Assembly (NCBI GenBank): GCA_017499595.2
Contig: CM039001.1
Span: forward strand, 558,001 to 622,000
DNA length: 64,000 nucleotides
DNA from: Psilocybe cubensis
Lineage: Eukaryota
Direction of reading: 5' to 3'
Made by a program: the position numbers and the translations under genes. The notes under the pieces are model-generated. The model was not told the origin of the DNA and did no database searches. It was given only the letters and a program-made list of their open reading frames with translations. Each line of letters opens with the position of its first letter. Within the stretch, counting starts at the first letter, position 1. Positions 1 to 14,449 of this stretch are shown piece by piece.

Positions 1-2784
1 GAATGTTATGCGTGAAAGAGAAGTAAGACGGGGTTCGGAGGACTCGGGGCGGGTGAAGCGGTCCCAGAGAATGCTGTCAGCTGTGTTGGAGGAAAGAAGG
101 GTTTGTGTAGTGTGAGCGCCATATACAGTGTCTGCAGCAGCGACGGTCTAAGAAAAGAAAAATTAGCCATAAGCGATGATATATTTGTCATTGACTCACA
201 TGTTGCAGCGGAGGAAGGACGAGAGCGGCTGTGGAACCATCACGATGTCCTTCGTCACCTGGTGTGTGCATATCGGGTACAGCCTCCGTTTTGTTGAGTT
301 TCACAACTTTCGCAGTAACTCCTGGACATTCGCACATTTGCACCACGAGAGCCAATGCCAGACGATCATCGGGTCCACCAAAGAACGGTAGGAACAAGTG
401 CTGCTTGCCAGTGCCATTAGATACGACACCACTGCCACTACCGATTACCCCACGATCGACAAAGAGGCCAATATCGCAAGGCGATTTGGCAAAGACGTTT
501 CGAATATATTCAGAGTAGACGTACGAGCTCGTCTGATCTTGCGTGGTCGTTTTGTGGAAAATACCATCGAACGGGTTGCGCGTGCCCACTGCTACTCCTT
601 GCTGTTGTCCTGCCTCGCCTGCGACATCCTCCAATACAGACGTTATACCCCTTGCCCAAGGAATGAGCACCAGCTGCGCCGACGTGTCCGCAACGTGCTT
701 CGCAATCGTTTCAGGGAATTCGTCAAAATTGACAACAGCGAGGTTGGCCATGACATTGAAATTGTGTAGCTGTCCAAACGTGCGGTACACGGACACGACC
801 GGATCGTTGTAGATCAGGGAGCTGGCCTCTTGAGAACGCAGCACTGCAGATGTACGATTGGTAAGTTCCATAAGACGAAGAGCTTCGATTGAAATTGGGG
901 TTGAGTTTGACGAAGGGGATGGGTTTGATTGAGACGCAGCTTCAACATTTTGTATATCATCGGCATTGGCTCTAACGTTATCAACGAGATTCGATGAGAG
1001 TGGTGCCACAGAGTAGCTTTCAGGAGCTTGAAAGAGTTGTGAGAGAGTCATAGCTGCCGACAGCGCCTCAAACTTATCGAGGACAATTGCAAATCTGGTT
1101 TTTCTGTGATCATCAGGTGGAGGGCCAGAGATGCTAGTAGGCTTTTCGTCGCTTTCATTAACCTTATCTCCCCGGTGATGAACCCTGTGTCTTGCAGGAT
1201 AAAATAAAAGGACAAGTGGCGTGGTCATGAATGTGAGCACCAGCGCGTGCACCACAAACATAGAAAATGTCTTGGTATTTAGGATGTTGGCTTGAAGCCC
1301 GATGTTGAGAACGATTAGTTCGACTAGGCTGTTATTGCAGGGTCAGGACAACGCTACTGACAGAACAGATAAACAAATAAGAAACGTACCCTTTGCAACT
1401 CATAAGCGAACCAATTGCACCAGATTCTCTCCAATTGAAACCCGTAAGACGAGCAGCACCTCCGCAAGCGACGAACTTAGAGGTGAAAGCAACAAGACAG
1501 ATGATCACGATATATCCCCAATCAACACCGTTATTCAGAAGACCAAGATTAGTTCTGAGACCTGAAAGCGTGAAATACTATGACAAGCGAGAAAAAAATC
1601 AGCGAGAAATGCTATAACCAGACGAAAAGGCCTACAATTGGCAGGAATAAAATCGTGACCAAGTCTTCGATTTTTTCAACAATTGAAATCGCGAAACCGT
1701 TATCATGGGGGATAATCAAGCCAGCAAGGAATCCTCCTGTGGTTGTTTCCTTCAGATACTAACAAAATCGATGTAATCAAGCTGCTCACCGAAGATAGCA
1801 TGCACACCGATGATGTCAGTGAAGAAGGCTGAGATGAAAACGACGAGCAAAGTTATTGTCATCATGAAAGGTGTAGGCGACCCTTGTTCCAAACTTCCTG
1901 TACGTCGCGCCATCCAACGGAATGCCCATCGTCCAGGATACAAAAGGAATATAGTGTATCCTGCACAGACAAGTAATACCCATAGCGCAGTCAATCCAGA
2001 AGAAGCATTGACCAATGCAACAGTGAGTGCCAACAAAATCCACCCTATGACATCGTTTCCTATGCCAGCCGAAAGGGTGACCAATCCAACTTCAGTGTCA
2101 AGAAGTTTGAGTTCTGTCAAAATGCGACATAAAACTGGAAAGGCTGTGATGCCAATGGCGACAGCGATGAACAACAGAAAATGTCCGAAATTGACTGGCG
2201 AGTCCACAAATTCTCTATACACACCGACCCCCAACGCCGCACCCAGACCCAGGGGGATAACAAGACCGGCAATGGAGACTGATGCGGACGCCAGTATGTT
2301 CCGTTTCAGCAAACGTGTGTCGATTTCCAGCGCGACCAGGAAAAGAAAAAGGATAAGGCCGATGGTACTGGTGACAGCGAGTAAGGGCATACTATCCTCT
2401 GGGAATATGGTTTCTTTAAAGTGAGGTATGCGACCCATAACTGTTGGGCCGAGAATGACACCGCCGATAACTTCTGCAATGACCCGAGGTTGGCGAATGC
2501 GCGATAGTATGAGCGAAAGCAATTGAGTCATGGATATGATGATTACTATTTCGCGCCGCCATCTCAATAAAACATTGAAAATTTGTTTACACTGTGCACT
2601 CACCAAGCTGGATAATCCATAGTCGGATAGGATTGCTAGGGCTGTACTTCGTGGGGTTATCTCCAGAAATGACACCTCCCTACAGCAGTAAGTTTCAGTA
2701 AGAAAGGAGGAACCGTCGAATTCATACCTGTTCGGATGCCTCTCTAGAGACCAAAGAGTAAAGGGCGTTCGTAAATTCTCCCAT
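1..2784 (-). CDS. KHA1: Cation/H+ exchanger (CPA2), K+/H+ antiporter; multi-exon, 3' end runs off the window
   Basis: Spliced N-terminus [44 protein letters not shown], then [43 protein letters not shown] and [15 protein letters not shown], which are typical fungal Kha1 motifs. Confidence 0.92.
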
Positions 2785-3472
2785 GGCCAACCTACTGTCA
2801 AGGTAGAAGGACTCAAGAAGGGAAGAAAGTCGCAATGAAGAAGACCATTTCGCAGACTTAGATAAGTCACTATTGAATGGACTAGGGTCAAGCGGGCTCC
2901 TGTCGAGTTACCTGTGCATTGACATCGGTGCAATGGAGCCTGGACCTAAAACAGGACAAAAACATATGCAAAGCAAACAAATCAGGATTGCCAAGCAGAA
3001 CAGTCCTCTACGAAATATGCTTGGCAGTGTGTCCTGAATCCATTAATTTCGCACCAAACCCTGCTGAATTCAATTGAGTGTTGCGCGGAGAAAACACAGT
3101 TGCAGACAAGCGGCCCATTGGGAAGCTCGGTAGGTGTCTTGTTACTCATGCATCGGAAGGCGATATCGATACCAAATCAACAACGTACAAATTTGAAGCT
3201 GTGGTATCAATAATGAGAAAGGAAATTGATTATGATTTGCATGAATAGAAGGTGGTACAGTGCAGATGAACAAAAGCATGGTGGCCGAATGTTACGGCAG
3301 TAGCAGACAGTACATACCGAAGGCATTACGATGGTGAAGAGTGCCTGGAAATATGATGGATACGTGATGAACGGAATAGCAAACCTGTTATCTGGTCAAC
3401 GAGGTAATTCCCTGGATCTGGTTTTATCAACATAAATGCAAGACGCTGATTGTTGAATACAAGAAAAAAAGT

Positions 3473-4083
3473 TTAAGAGTCGGAACTACATCCGCGACAT
3501 CCTAATAGTAAGGAGAATGACTATATGCGGTAGAAAAAAGGCGAGGAGCGAACATACCACAGTGAACACATTCGACGACAGTTCCTGATCGTACTTGAGC
3601 TTTGGGAACACGACATATACATGTTGATCCTTGATAATTCATATCCTAAACACACATTAGCGAACGAGGTTGAGTCAGTAAATGGCTCAAACATACCCTT
3701 GTTTGAATGCACCGAAGGCAGCAGAGCTTCTCATATCCAGTTTTCTTCCATTTAGCCACTAGGCTGTAAAGACCATCCAGAATAAGTATATGGACGTTTG
3801 TGTAATCAAAGAGACTTTACTTTGCATCTGCATATCCTTCCTTCAGTAACCAGTCGTACAACTCTCTTGAAATAGCTTCTCGTTTATAGTAGAGCTCATA
3901 AATGTATCTTGAGCGCGCATGAGAGATTCGCATGATAGGCCATAGCGATTCAGCCTTTCGTTTGCCTTCATGAGACTCGTTTTCGGCGTCACGCATCTTC
4001 TTTGCATAGTCTTCTAGAATCTCCTCTATATCTTCATAGCCTTCTGGTGGTGCTTTTGTTCTTGTTGTCCTGATTTTCGGCAT
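3473..4083 (-). CDS. BUD31: BUD31/G10 spliceosomal protein (4 exons)
   Basis: [20 protein letters not shown]...[61 protein letters not shown]. Confidence 0.96.
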
Positions 4084-4411
4084 CGCAGAGAAATTGTGGT
4101 GAGAGTACTAGTCCAAGTTACAGCCACAACTAGTCCGGATTGTGCCCTATGTATTACATAATACCCTCCTGCCACAAGCAACCATTCCACCGTGCGGCAG
4201 CATTGGCGACGTGCTGCTTGCTCCTCACCATCACAATTCTCACTCAGGAGGGCTTCCGAGGACTACTGTTTAACGCGTGTGGTACTGCGGGAAACCCTCT
4301 TAATACATGCAAATCGTGGCGCGGTAGCGTCGACTCTTGGTTGACACTCTTCAACTTGCGCGGTAGACGACACCAGGACGACACACTCTGTTCAGCTTTT
4401 CCAAAGCAACA

Positions 4412-6645
4412 ATGGCGCTATTCCTTCCAGTTCTCCGCCTATTGATGCTGTTCCTGAATGTATATGACTCTTATAAGACACTGAAAGATCCACCACCGTC
4501 GTCACGCCATTCTGGGCGTCCAAGTGTACGTGCAGTGTCGCAAAGAAAGAGGGACATGAAAGGATGTTTGGCCGTATGGATTGTATGGGTGAGAAATATG
4601 GTCCTCTTGGAATCTATACTGCTAATCCAAACAATATATTCATTTAGGCCTCTCTTTCTATCTACGAACGAACGGTGGAATCTCTTATTTGCCTATTTAT
4701 ACCATTTTACGACGAAATCAAGAGCCTGGTCCTGTTATTTCTTATCTTGACTCGTGCAAGAGTCAGTGATCTTAATTTTGTAGGAATTTTTTACTTACTG
4801 ACCTTTTCTCAGGGAGCAGAACCCATATATTTGCATCTCATTCGACCACTCATTAAACCATACACAGGGACCCTCGATGCTACTTTAGAACTCGCGCTGA
4901 TGATCGGTGACTTCATCTTTGCGTTATCCACCTATCCTATTCGCGTTGCACTGGATTGGTATAAGAAGTTTTTCGGTTCGTACAGCGCCCTTCTTGTGAC
5001 TGAGGAAACAGAATCAGAGTCCAGTCCCTCATCCAATGACGTCAATACCTCTGAAGTAGCGACATCGTTCCTCGATACCTCTGGCATTGTTCCAGTGCCC
5101 TCCGATATTGATATACCACAATTACCCAAGACGAGCGTTCAAGTGAAGACTAGGATGCAGCCTCCAAGTCGACGCACGTCTGGTGATGCCACCGCGTCTC
5201 GACAAACCTCCAGCAAACAATCTTCCACGAGAAAACGGTCAGAAGTGGCGACCAATGCCAATTTAGAACCAAATTTCTTTGACTCCAAGAAAGCTCGAGA
5301 TCCTCTCAATCTTCGTTCAGGCTCTTCCTCCGAAAAGGTTGCGAAGCCACCTTTACATCATAGATCTTCTGGTAGCCCTAATCGCCCAGCTTCGAAAGCA
5401 TCCAAGCATACAAGGGAATCCGCCGAAGGATCATCATCCCTCCATCAAATTTGGTATCCACCGAGTTCTTCTTACGAGGACGAAGATCGGCACGTTCACG
5501 CTGATCAGACGATTCGAGCAAAACCAGTGGAACAAGATCCCCTTTTGACCCTCGAATATCAACAATATGAAGAATGGCGACAATATCCTGCATTTCCGTC
5601 AGCTTATCCCCCGACACCGCTTGCCACTACCTCAGCGCTCGCGACTATCTCAGTCGCTGCACCTTTGAACCTTCACCCAACTATTGCCGAAGAAACCCAG
5701 CAGGATTTTCGCCAGTCGCTCCTGCCGCCGCGTGAACCATTGAATCCCAATCACGCCGGCGACTTGAGCGACAGACACAGTATATATGGGATCACATCTC
5801 CTGACGTTGATGATGCAGATGATAGCATGTCAACTGACGATGAAGATGGCTATGAAGATGAGGATGAGTTTAACATCACCCTTCGGACACCACTTCCACC
5901 TTTTGGGTCGCTGAGGTCGCAAATTCAGCCTCGCCGATTGGTTTCTTTACCTTCAACTTCTTCAGCGCTGAGCGTGCCGAGTAGGTCATCAGCACTGACA
6001 ACAGCCGATAATGGATCATCACTGCCTTTGGGAACATCCTCCGACTCCTCTGCCCCCAAACCTAGTCTCAGTCCTTCCGTTATTGGCAAGAAAAGGTCGT
6101 ACCCGCGCTCAAAAATGCCTCTTATCAGTAACAGAGTTCGCCAAATCGAGGATGAGACATCGCAAGACCCGTCTTCCTCCGATCATGATTTACAGGACGT
6201 TACTACTACGTTGAAAAACGTGGTTCGCAAGTCCTCTTCTAGTCTATTAAAACTTACCGATGAAAGCGCTGCAGCATCGCCTAGTAGCCTCAGCGCCGCA
6301 GAGTTGCAAAATCAGGAACCACAAGACCAAATACCTCCTGAAGAAAAGAGGCGTAAAATTGTGCGATCTGTGCGACCTACAAGGGCTATCCACCCTTCTC
6401 GGCCTGTTCGACCTCGAGTTCCTCGGATCACTCCTCTGCCCCCACACTCGAAAAAAGGCAAAGCTGCAGTGTTACCTGGAGCAACCATCAACAGTGTCCC
6501 GATCCCCTCATTCCCCGGGTCAAATGTTGATAAGGTCAAAGAAAATGATGCCTCTCTCAGCGCATCGTCAGCTTCTGTTAGTGATGCCCCTCGACCTCGT
6601 ATTCCTAGTAGACCTCCCAAGCGGGCCTCCGTGCGCAAGCTTTGA
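4412..6645 (+). CDS. TB2/DP1/HVA22 (REEP/Yop1-like) domain protein with long disordered Ser/Pro-rich tail
   Basis: YDSYKTLK...MKGCLAVWIVW, FIPFYDEIKSLVLLFL, GAEPIYLHLIRP; two GT-AG introns near 4589 and 4763. Confidence 0.75.
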
Positions 6646-7768
6646 AACAAAGTACAATTTTCTGTAGTCGGCCGCATTTCTTATTACAGGTTTGCTATAT
6701 AGCTCGAGCATACGAACACAATATTCCCTTAAAGTAACTTCCTCGCGTTATTTCTATTCGTCCACATATGTATATCTATCACCGCATTGGCATGTCTTCA
6801 AGGCTATTCTGGTTATTCTTACTTCGTAACGTTGTCATCTCCCATTTATTTTGTCGCGATAGATCATTATTAAATTGGAAAGTTACTTAGCCAGTGATCC
6901 CGGCGGTGAGTCGTTTTCATTGTGCGTCAATCGATGGATCTGTATGCGAAATGGCATCAACACCGAACTTGCTAAGTCACTAGCGGGATCCAAAACTAGG
7001 CTGATTTCGGAAATGCCCGATAGCTTATTTTGCTGGGTATCTTGGTCGTATCACTCGATGTTCAGCGACGCTACAGCATGGTTTGGCAGTTTGTGGCAGT
7101 GCGTTCTTTGGGTGTATGTGTTGCCTTGTAGGACGTTGCTAATTATTTTAAGTTGTTTCATACACTTTCAGTTCAAGTTGAAGATAGTAACTCATGTCAT
7201 CGTCTCGTAGCGATTTGAATCAACTCATCTCGACGACTGTGACCATGCATGGGAGCTTAGTAGAAATGTTAGAGTTGCTGCAAGACACGCGGCGAACATA
7301 AACATAAGTTTCAATTATAGGATCTGCATGCATCATTTGCCAATACATCTGTAATAATCATTAGCTTTTTTGTAAGGCATTTCGTTGTTTGAGCTTTGGC
7401 ACCGAATGTTGAATGGGTTTTAATCGGGATTAATAGAAAATTGCTTGTTTGAGTGATATCATTTGCGTTTAATTCTTTTAAATGGGATAGCAGTGGCGAA
7501 TGATATAGCAATGATTCACCGGTGTCGGTGAACTGCTATCATCTATGTAAAACAAATTGCAACGATCTATTATTGGCTATGTTTTCTGTTTTCAAAAGGT
7601 TTTTCCGTCCGGTCAACAAACTATTTTAAAAACCACAGACTGCTTTGGATCACAAAGGGCTTGCAACACATCGGGCCAGTATGGCAGTATCGAAGTGTTC
7701 TGGGTTATATAAGGTCAAGCACAATTCTTTGAGCCTTAATAACAGATCCCTCGGTCCTGATAATAACC

Positions 7769-8636
7769 ATGTCATCAAGTCAAAGTAAAGCAAAGAAGCC
7801 TCGCAAACCCGTCGTCTATCGAAATCGCCACAAGATTTTAAAAGACTTGAAAACAGAGGTAAGAAATATCACTCGTATGTTGGTGTAAATTCGTAACGTT
7901 GACCAATTAACACCATGGCTGACAGGATACAGAACATGGATTCCAACACCGTATCAAATTTCAATTGCAGACAAACAGTGAACCGGCTAGACATTCAGAA
8001 CCAGCGTTCTGCGGTGTTCTAGGTGACGATATAAGTGATTCAATTCAAATGACCGCACATAATTACAAAATAGTCCCCAAAAAATTGCACAATCGCGTCC
8101 GGGGACGTCAGAGTCGGGGTGTTGATAAAACTTCACACAATCCAGTCAACGAAGAATCACCAATATCTAATTGGCCGACATACCCATTAGGATGTACCCA
8201 TCCAGGAGTACTTGCCTATTCTCAGCCATTCAGTAAACCTGGAGTATTATTGGACGTTGATACTCAGTCCAGCATGGACAACACACAAAATATGGGAGCT
8301 TGCCAAGAATTTCCCACTGAACACGTCTTGGACCAGTCAAATTTTGAAATACGCTACGAAGATAATACTGATACCAGAGACTACCGTCTCTTCGGTGATG
8401 AATCTTGCAAGTTCAGCCCTATTTTCGATGCCACTGTTCCTCATGCTAAATGGCACCAAGGAACACGGAGACTTGATGTTCAGGGGTCATGTCAACCCTC
8501 CTATGATTCACACCACGTTTGCGTTTCCATTACCCCACAACCTGGGCCAATAAACTCGACTGTATTGTCCAATTCGTGGAGTGAAAATGCAGTGGGGCGT
8601 GGAGTTACATATACGTATTTGTATTCTCATCAATAA
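7769..8636 (+). CDS. Orphan hypothetical protein with basic N-terminus (2 exons)
   Basis: TATATAA at about 7706, ATG 7769, phase-0 GTAAGA...CTGACAG intron (7859-7926) joining in frame to the 223-aa ORF. Confidence 0.55.
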
Positions 8637-10650
8637 AAATGTGGCGGCTAGGAAAGGCCTAGTAGCGATGGGGTGGAAGGCGTGTTGGCAGAATGAGTGC
8701 TAAGCATATTGGCTTCACGATAATTGATAAGCAGATCAAAAATGCATTGAAACAGAGATTCATGTATCAATGCAAAGTAAGATAGCATGTTTGTCCCGTA
8801 CTGTGCCATGGGAGAATTTCAAGCTATTGTGAAACACCAATCTTTGCGCGATGCGCATAAACAGCTTTAAGGACCGAGTCTATAAATAGCAAAGTAACGC
8901 AAATATGGCAATTATAGTTCGTCATTTATGGCTGCCTATGCTGGCGTCCGAGTCTAACCGCAGCCGAACTCAACCTTCTTAAAGATTAGTGAGATATTAC
9001 ACACCATTACATCATGCATCACTCAACGCGGTAGTGCCTCTACCCTGCTTACTGTTAACATGTTTTGTTTTCGAATATTACTACTTTTGGATATTGAGTA
9101 AACAAACTAATAGTGGTATGCTCTGTAAAGAGGCAAAGTTTAGAAGTTGTCGAACGGGTTATTTAATATGACGGATGGTACTGTGCGTGTATTTTTGTAC
9201 TGGCTCTGTAGCTGCCAGCAGCTAAACCCTAAACCTATTCGACTCCAATTACCGGAAAGCCTGGCTTTCAAGTTGTTATATAACAAGAAGCCCGTCAATG
9301 AGTCACTGCCCGCTCTGTCTAAGCTCACAATAAAAATAGAGATAACAAGAGAGTTCCATACTTCAATAAACTTATTTATTGCATCTCGGGTCTTTGTGTG
9401 TCGAATAGCACCGTATCGATGTACAGGCCGACAATCTAGGCACAGGGAAGAGTTTGGTCCTTCGGTGAGTTGGCAGGTAGGTCTGATCGATTCATGTCAA
9501 TAAATTTTTTCATTCGAATACATGAAATAGAGGCAGGACAATGAAGCTATTAAAATTTACGCATACCTTCTAACAGTTTAAATTCTGTGGCGAATGCACC
9601 ACTTGCTACCTGGGATAACGTGGAAGTTACGTTTAATTTGGGATCTTCTCTTAGCTCAGATGAGAAAGTTGAAGGTTGGACAGCTCAAAGTTTCTCTTTT
9701 GTAGTCACACCGGGCCTATAACCGACCACAAATTTTTTCGGAAATCTCAGCAACCTCAAAGTTGCCTAAACCAGGCTTCGACCCGGACAACGGGCCAGCC
9801 TCGGCCAATCACTTGATGCCTTACCATAATGGTCAACCATGAACCGGCGGTTCAATTACAGAAGAAACTTTGAATCTGTAAACTTGATCGAAACCATCAT
9901 CCATGCCGCGAGGCCTTGCGCGACCCTGCACTATCAAATTAATGACCGTGTTGGAGTCGCACTTTATCTCCCCTCTCAGTCATTTGGACTAAGATCCGTC
10001 TACGCTTTTTGTTGACCCTTAACACACTGCCCACAGCCAAACTACTACGCGGCCGCCTTACGCGGAGATTCACTCACTATATCTGATATGTAGAGAGAGG
10101 TATATCGACTACGCCAAATTGCGCATTGAAACGATTCGGGCCCAGGGCATAACATGGTCGGAGATTAATTAGGTATGAATTGACGACTTTTGTGTATTTC
10201 AAAGTTCAAACTACAATTTTTCTTTCTTCGCAGACGTCAAGCCTTTGAAAGCTTTGAATTTTTGGCGATATAATCTAATTCAGTCAGATTTGTTGCTTCT
10301 ATTCTGATCTCTGTAACATATTGTAATTTCCCAGGAACATGCCTTTTATTTTGCGCACCCTGACGGAACGATTTGGGAGACGGAAATACTGGCCTCATGG
10401 CTTCAAACCAACCTTTAGGCACTTCTATGGCATTGTGGACCGTGATGCATTCAGGACTCATGTTTGCTAACCGACTACGCTCTACATTCCATCACTTTTT
10501 GTCGTATATGGTTAATACCGTCCATATATGCAACGTAAAAGAGAGTATTTAACAGTGGGCACACGAAAAAATGGTTCTCTCCAAGCTCTGGTTTCCCCAT
10601 CCTCAATCCCACAACGCACCCTCATTCTTTATCAACCCCCGTCAGACACC

Positions 10651-11539
10651 ATGGAGAAAAGCACTTGTTCCAGCATCGCAAAACACACCAAGACGAAGAA
10701 ACGCGACACCGTTAAGAAGCTCAAACATATCAATCCGAGGGTGGGTCGTTTGTTTCGTGTCAACTGCTGATGACTCATTGGTATACTGTATAGCATTTTA
10801 ACCACTCATTCCCGTATGAATAATTGTCCTTTTTCTTTGATTGTGCTTATAACATAGAAACAGGAGGTTAAAATTGGTTGAATCCATAACAAGACGTACT
10901 GCTCGATCGGTTCCCCTTGCCCCGGCGCTCGCTAGCGGTGTGGGTCCTATGGACTCGTATCCTTCGTCTTTACAGCGCCACTCCGTCAACTCGTCTGGAG
11001 CTTTAGGACGTCTTGATTATCCACCACTGACCTTGCCGGACCAATTCGGTACCACTGTGTCTCGTATTTGTCCGGGTACAGATTTGTCCAGGTCTTCCCC
11101 ATACACTATTAATCCCTTACTTTCCGCCTCTGATCTCTATCCAACGGCGGATCCATCAAGAGAAGTCAACTGGCTCGATTCACAGACTACGTCGGTACTA
11201 TCACATGAAGCTGTAACTCCTTCTCGCTACTTCTCACCCACATCGGGGGACACATACACTCTCGGACACGCAACAGGAAGCCAACAGCCGGACATGGAGG
11301 GTTTTGTGACTGACTATAACCAATTCACATCACTCTTTGGAGCTCCAAGCTCGCTTGAGGTGTGGACAAACGAGACACACGGTTATCCCACCAATCAGGA
11401 GGCTTTATATCCCATAAATTTCTCTACAGTAGAAGACCCTGAGGTCGCACCAAATCTGCAAGAAACAATGGTAACTTCGATAAATAACCTCTCTACGGAT
11501 ATTCAAGACGCGTACCATTTATTCTATTTGCCAAATTAA
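10651..11539 (+). CDS. Orphan hypothetical protein with basic N-terminus (3 exons)
   Basis: MEKSTCSSIAKHTKTKKRDTVKKLKHINPR|HFNHSFP|NRRLKLVESITRR; two short GT-AG introns join in frame to the 221-aa ORF. Confidence 0.55.
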
Positions 11540-14449
11540 TCCCTCAGCTTCCGAAATCTACAACGTACCGACGTATTGGCCAAATGAATCACCTCAGCTC
11601 AGTTCTTTTATTCTAAACACGCCGCCATTATTTACCTGACCAGGGACTGGAGGTTCTACATTATTCGCGGACAAAAATATTATAGAAAACAGTAATTATT
11701 ATTCTTGGGACAGTATCCGGTAATACTAATCCCTTGAGGCTTACAATATGTCATCTGTGAGTGTATGTACAGTCTTTTGACGTCCATCAAGTGAAGCAAT
11801 AGTACTAGTAAATAATATGTGGAACTTAATATTTATTAAATTATACCAAAATTAAGGATTACATACTTTATTGTTTGGCCTCTGATATGAGTATAACTCT
11901 TGATATTTTTATGCTATAACACTATATAGTACTATTTTGTGTTCAGGAGCATTCTTGCCGCCGATTGAAATTGAAGTCATAAGGTTTGAAGTCACATGAT
12001 GGTGGTGATTACGACTGAGATGTCGCAGGTAATTACAACCAAACAAACGAAGAGTAAGTGCTCGCGAGTCTTGCCGCTTCTACGTTTGTAATTGCTAGCT
12101 TTCCACTATGCCAGTCCCTTGGGAGGCCATAATCCCTTTCGGTACGTGACCAGGAAATGAACTTTAATCAGATATTGAGATAACCTACAGGTCTTCTGAC
12201 CGCTATGTTTGGCGTTGCCGGAACACTCGTCAATGTGTCCCAGCGAGCCCAAAATCAAGGAAAGGTATGAATCAGACAAGTAAATCTCTGTGTTCCGGTT
12301 TCGTTTACTCACGAATATTTTCATAGCCACCCCGCTACTCAATTGATAATTGGGATACCATGATGATGAAGCGTGACAAGCAAATGACAGGGCACGTTCG
12401 AGGGCAGTCGGTGTGTTGAGCTCCTTCCCTATTAACCTACTTCAGAATTATATCACCTCATCTCGTTTTTCGTTTAGGCGAACCCTGTTGCTCCTCCAGA
12501 ATTCTCGAAGAATAGTGTATGGACAGCAGACCAGTTACTGTAATTGCTTAACATGCCGCAGTTCTCTTTTCAATTTCTCGTATGGACTGTTTAGACTGAT
12601 ATGTTTCGAAACCATCTCCACGAAAACCGTCCAAGCGGTTGATCCCAATATTCCGAACACGCTCTTTTCCATTTATCCATACCGGGAACCCACACGTCCT
12701 CCCTCGTGCTTTCCCATGCGGAATATCCATCACTGTCAATTAAACTCTTCATGATATCTTCCAGAACACCAAAATTCCTTCTCCGTATATCTTCTATGGT
12801 GTATTCCCCTTTTAAATTGCGCCGTTCGCAACTCGACTCAGTTTGATCCTTTCGCGATTGTGGATTCTGGGTAACTTCTGTTGTTTTGTCACGTGACCTT
12901 GTTCATGAGTCCTCAGTCGGTACCGACTTCCGACTGAAGAAATTAATTAGGTCCTATAGGCATCGCCTACCATACGTTCTGTGGGCTCTGTGTTGTGCTC
13001 GCCTCTCAGGTTTTAAAAATGGAACTTCTACCCCAAGTAGATCTTTTCGTCAGGATTTCGCTTTCTGCGACGATGTACAGCTAACTAAACTTACAACTGC
13101 ATCCGACCTAAAACTGTGCTTTCTTTAAATGTTTTGATTGTGAATGTAAGCGTTTACTGCTTTTCAACCCATCAGCTAAATGGTAAGCTCGGATGCATTT
13201 CCAGATTGTAGCCAAAATACGCCTTCCGTCAGACGTGACTGGTACAGTGAGCTCTCAACACCCTTCAACTTACGAATGTATACAGTCGATATGCTTCTTA
13301 GCAATGCCTTTCAACTTTTACGACGACACCAAAAAATCTTTGAGCGCACTTGCGATCACGTGTCCTCGAGCGCTTATTGATTGTGAGGCCGCAAAGTATG
13401 GCAGATTTTAACAATCTATATTGTGTTCCAATAACTAACCTTAGAACGCAGATACCACGAATGGTATATGAAAGGGTTATCATGCCATAACGTATAACGC
13501 CAACTATGGATATGTCCAGTCCCGGATCGCGGAACTCGGAAAAATACCGAATTTCGAAGGTGCTTATAATTTACTTACGCCTATAACTCGAGTGAGATGA
13601 TTGGATAGCTTCGGTTACAGTACCGCGATGGAAGTTGGAAAGTTGTTCTACATCAGGTTTTTTAATTAAATATGATCACCATAGTGCAAAATATCATAAT
13701 TTTGACCCATTAGCCAGCGTTTTTGAGGCTACGGAGAGATAATTTTGTTTGACAGTACGACAAGCATATCATACATTAGATGCATAATAATGCGCTTGGA
13801 CTCAAATCTAGTTTGCAAGAGCAACTATTGATTTGTCATTGTCTGAGCATTGTCATTTTTCATGTAACAAGAATCAAGCAGACGAAGGACCGATTAAAAT
13901 GCCTCACATTAGTCCGGATAAAGAAAGGAAGATTGGCAACTCTGCTTCTGTGAAGGGTGCGAGTTGGGTTATTATTTTATTAACCGAGGTTTCCTTTAAA
14001 GTTTACGGCGTTTGGGCACAGTCACGAGGATGTCTTAACAGCGTGTAGGCTACACTGATGGAGGCGTTCAAGAAACGCCGATATTGTGGTCTGACAGAAT
14101 AAATCCTGCCGTTAGATTAACTCTTCGGGAGAAGTAGAAAGGATTTTTGAAATGAAACTTCTGTAAACCTCCCAATGCTATATGTTTCTTCTGTTTTCAT
14201 GCGGGTCTAACTTCAAAGCTGTGACCATACCATGGACGCCTTCACTTCGGGAGATATGGATACACCAGAATAGAAGAAACGTGACAGTTGACAGATAACA
14301 GCACTTGATCAAAAGGGTAGAATCGACTACCATTCCGAAGTCTTTGTCCGTTTGATGCCCATAGGCCTTCTGAAATTCTCATGCAGAACAAGTCCAGACC
14401 TTTGGAGCATCATGGTTAGATACGAAAGCATAAATCAAAGTAATACATA

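Noticed and set aside
9650..10500. Possible pseudogene fragment
   Set aside because: One intron-like segment, but frames are interrupted and no motif was recognisable
12400..13650. Possible decayed gene
   Set aside because: Scattered short ORFs and splice-like signals, but I could not build a consistent model or recognise a family
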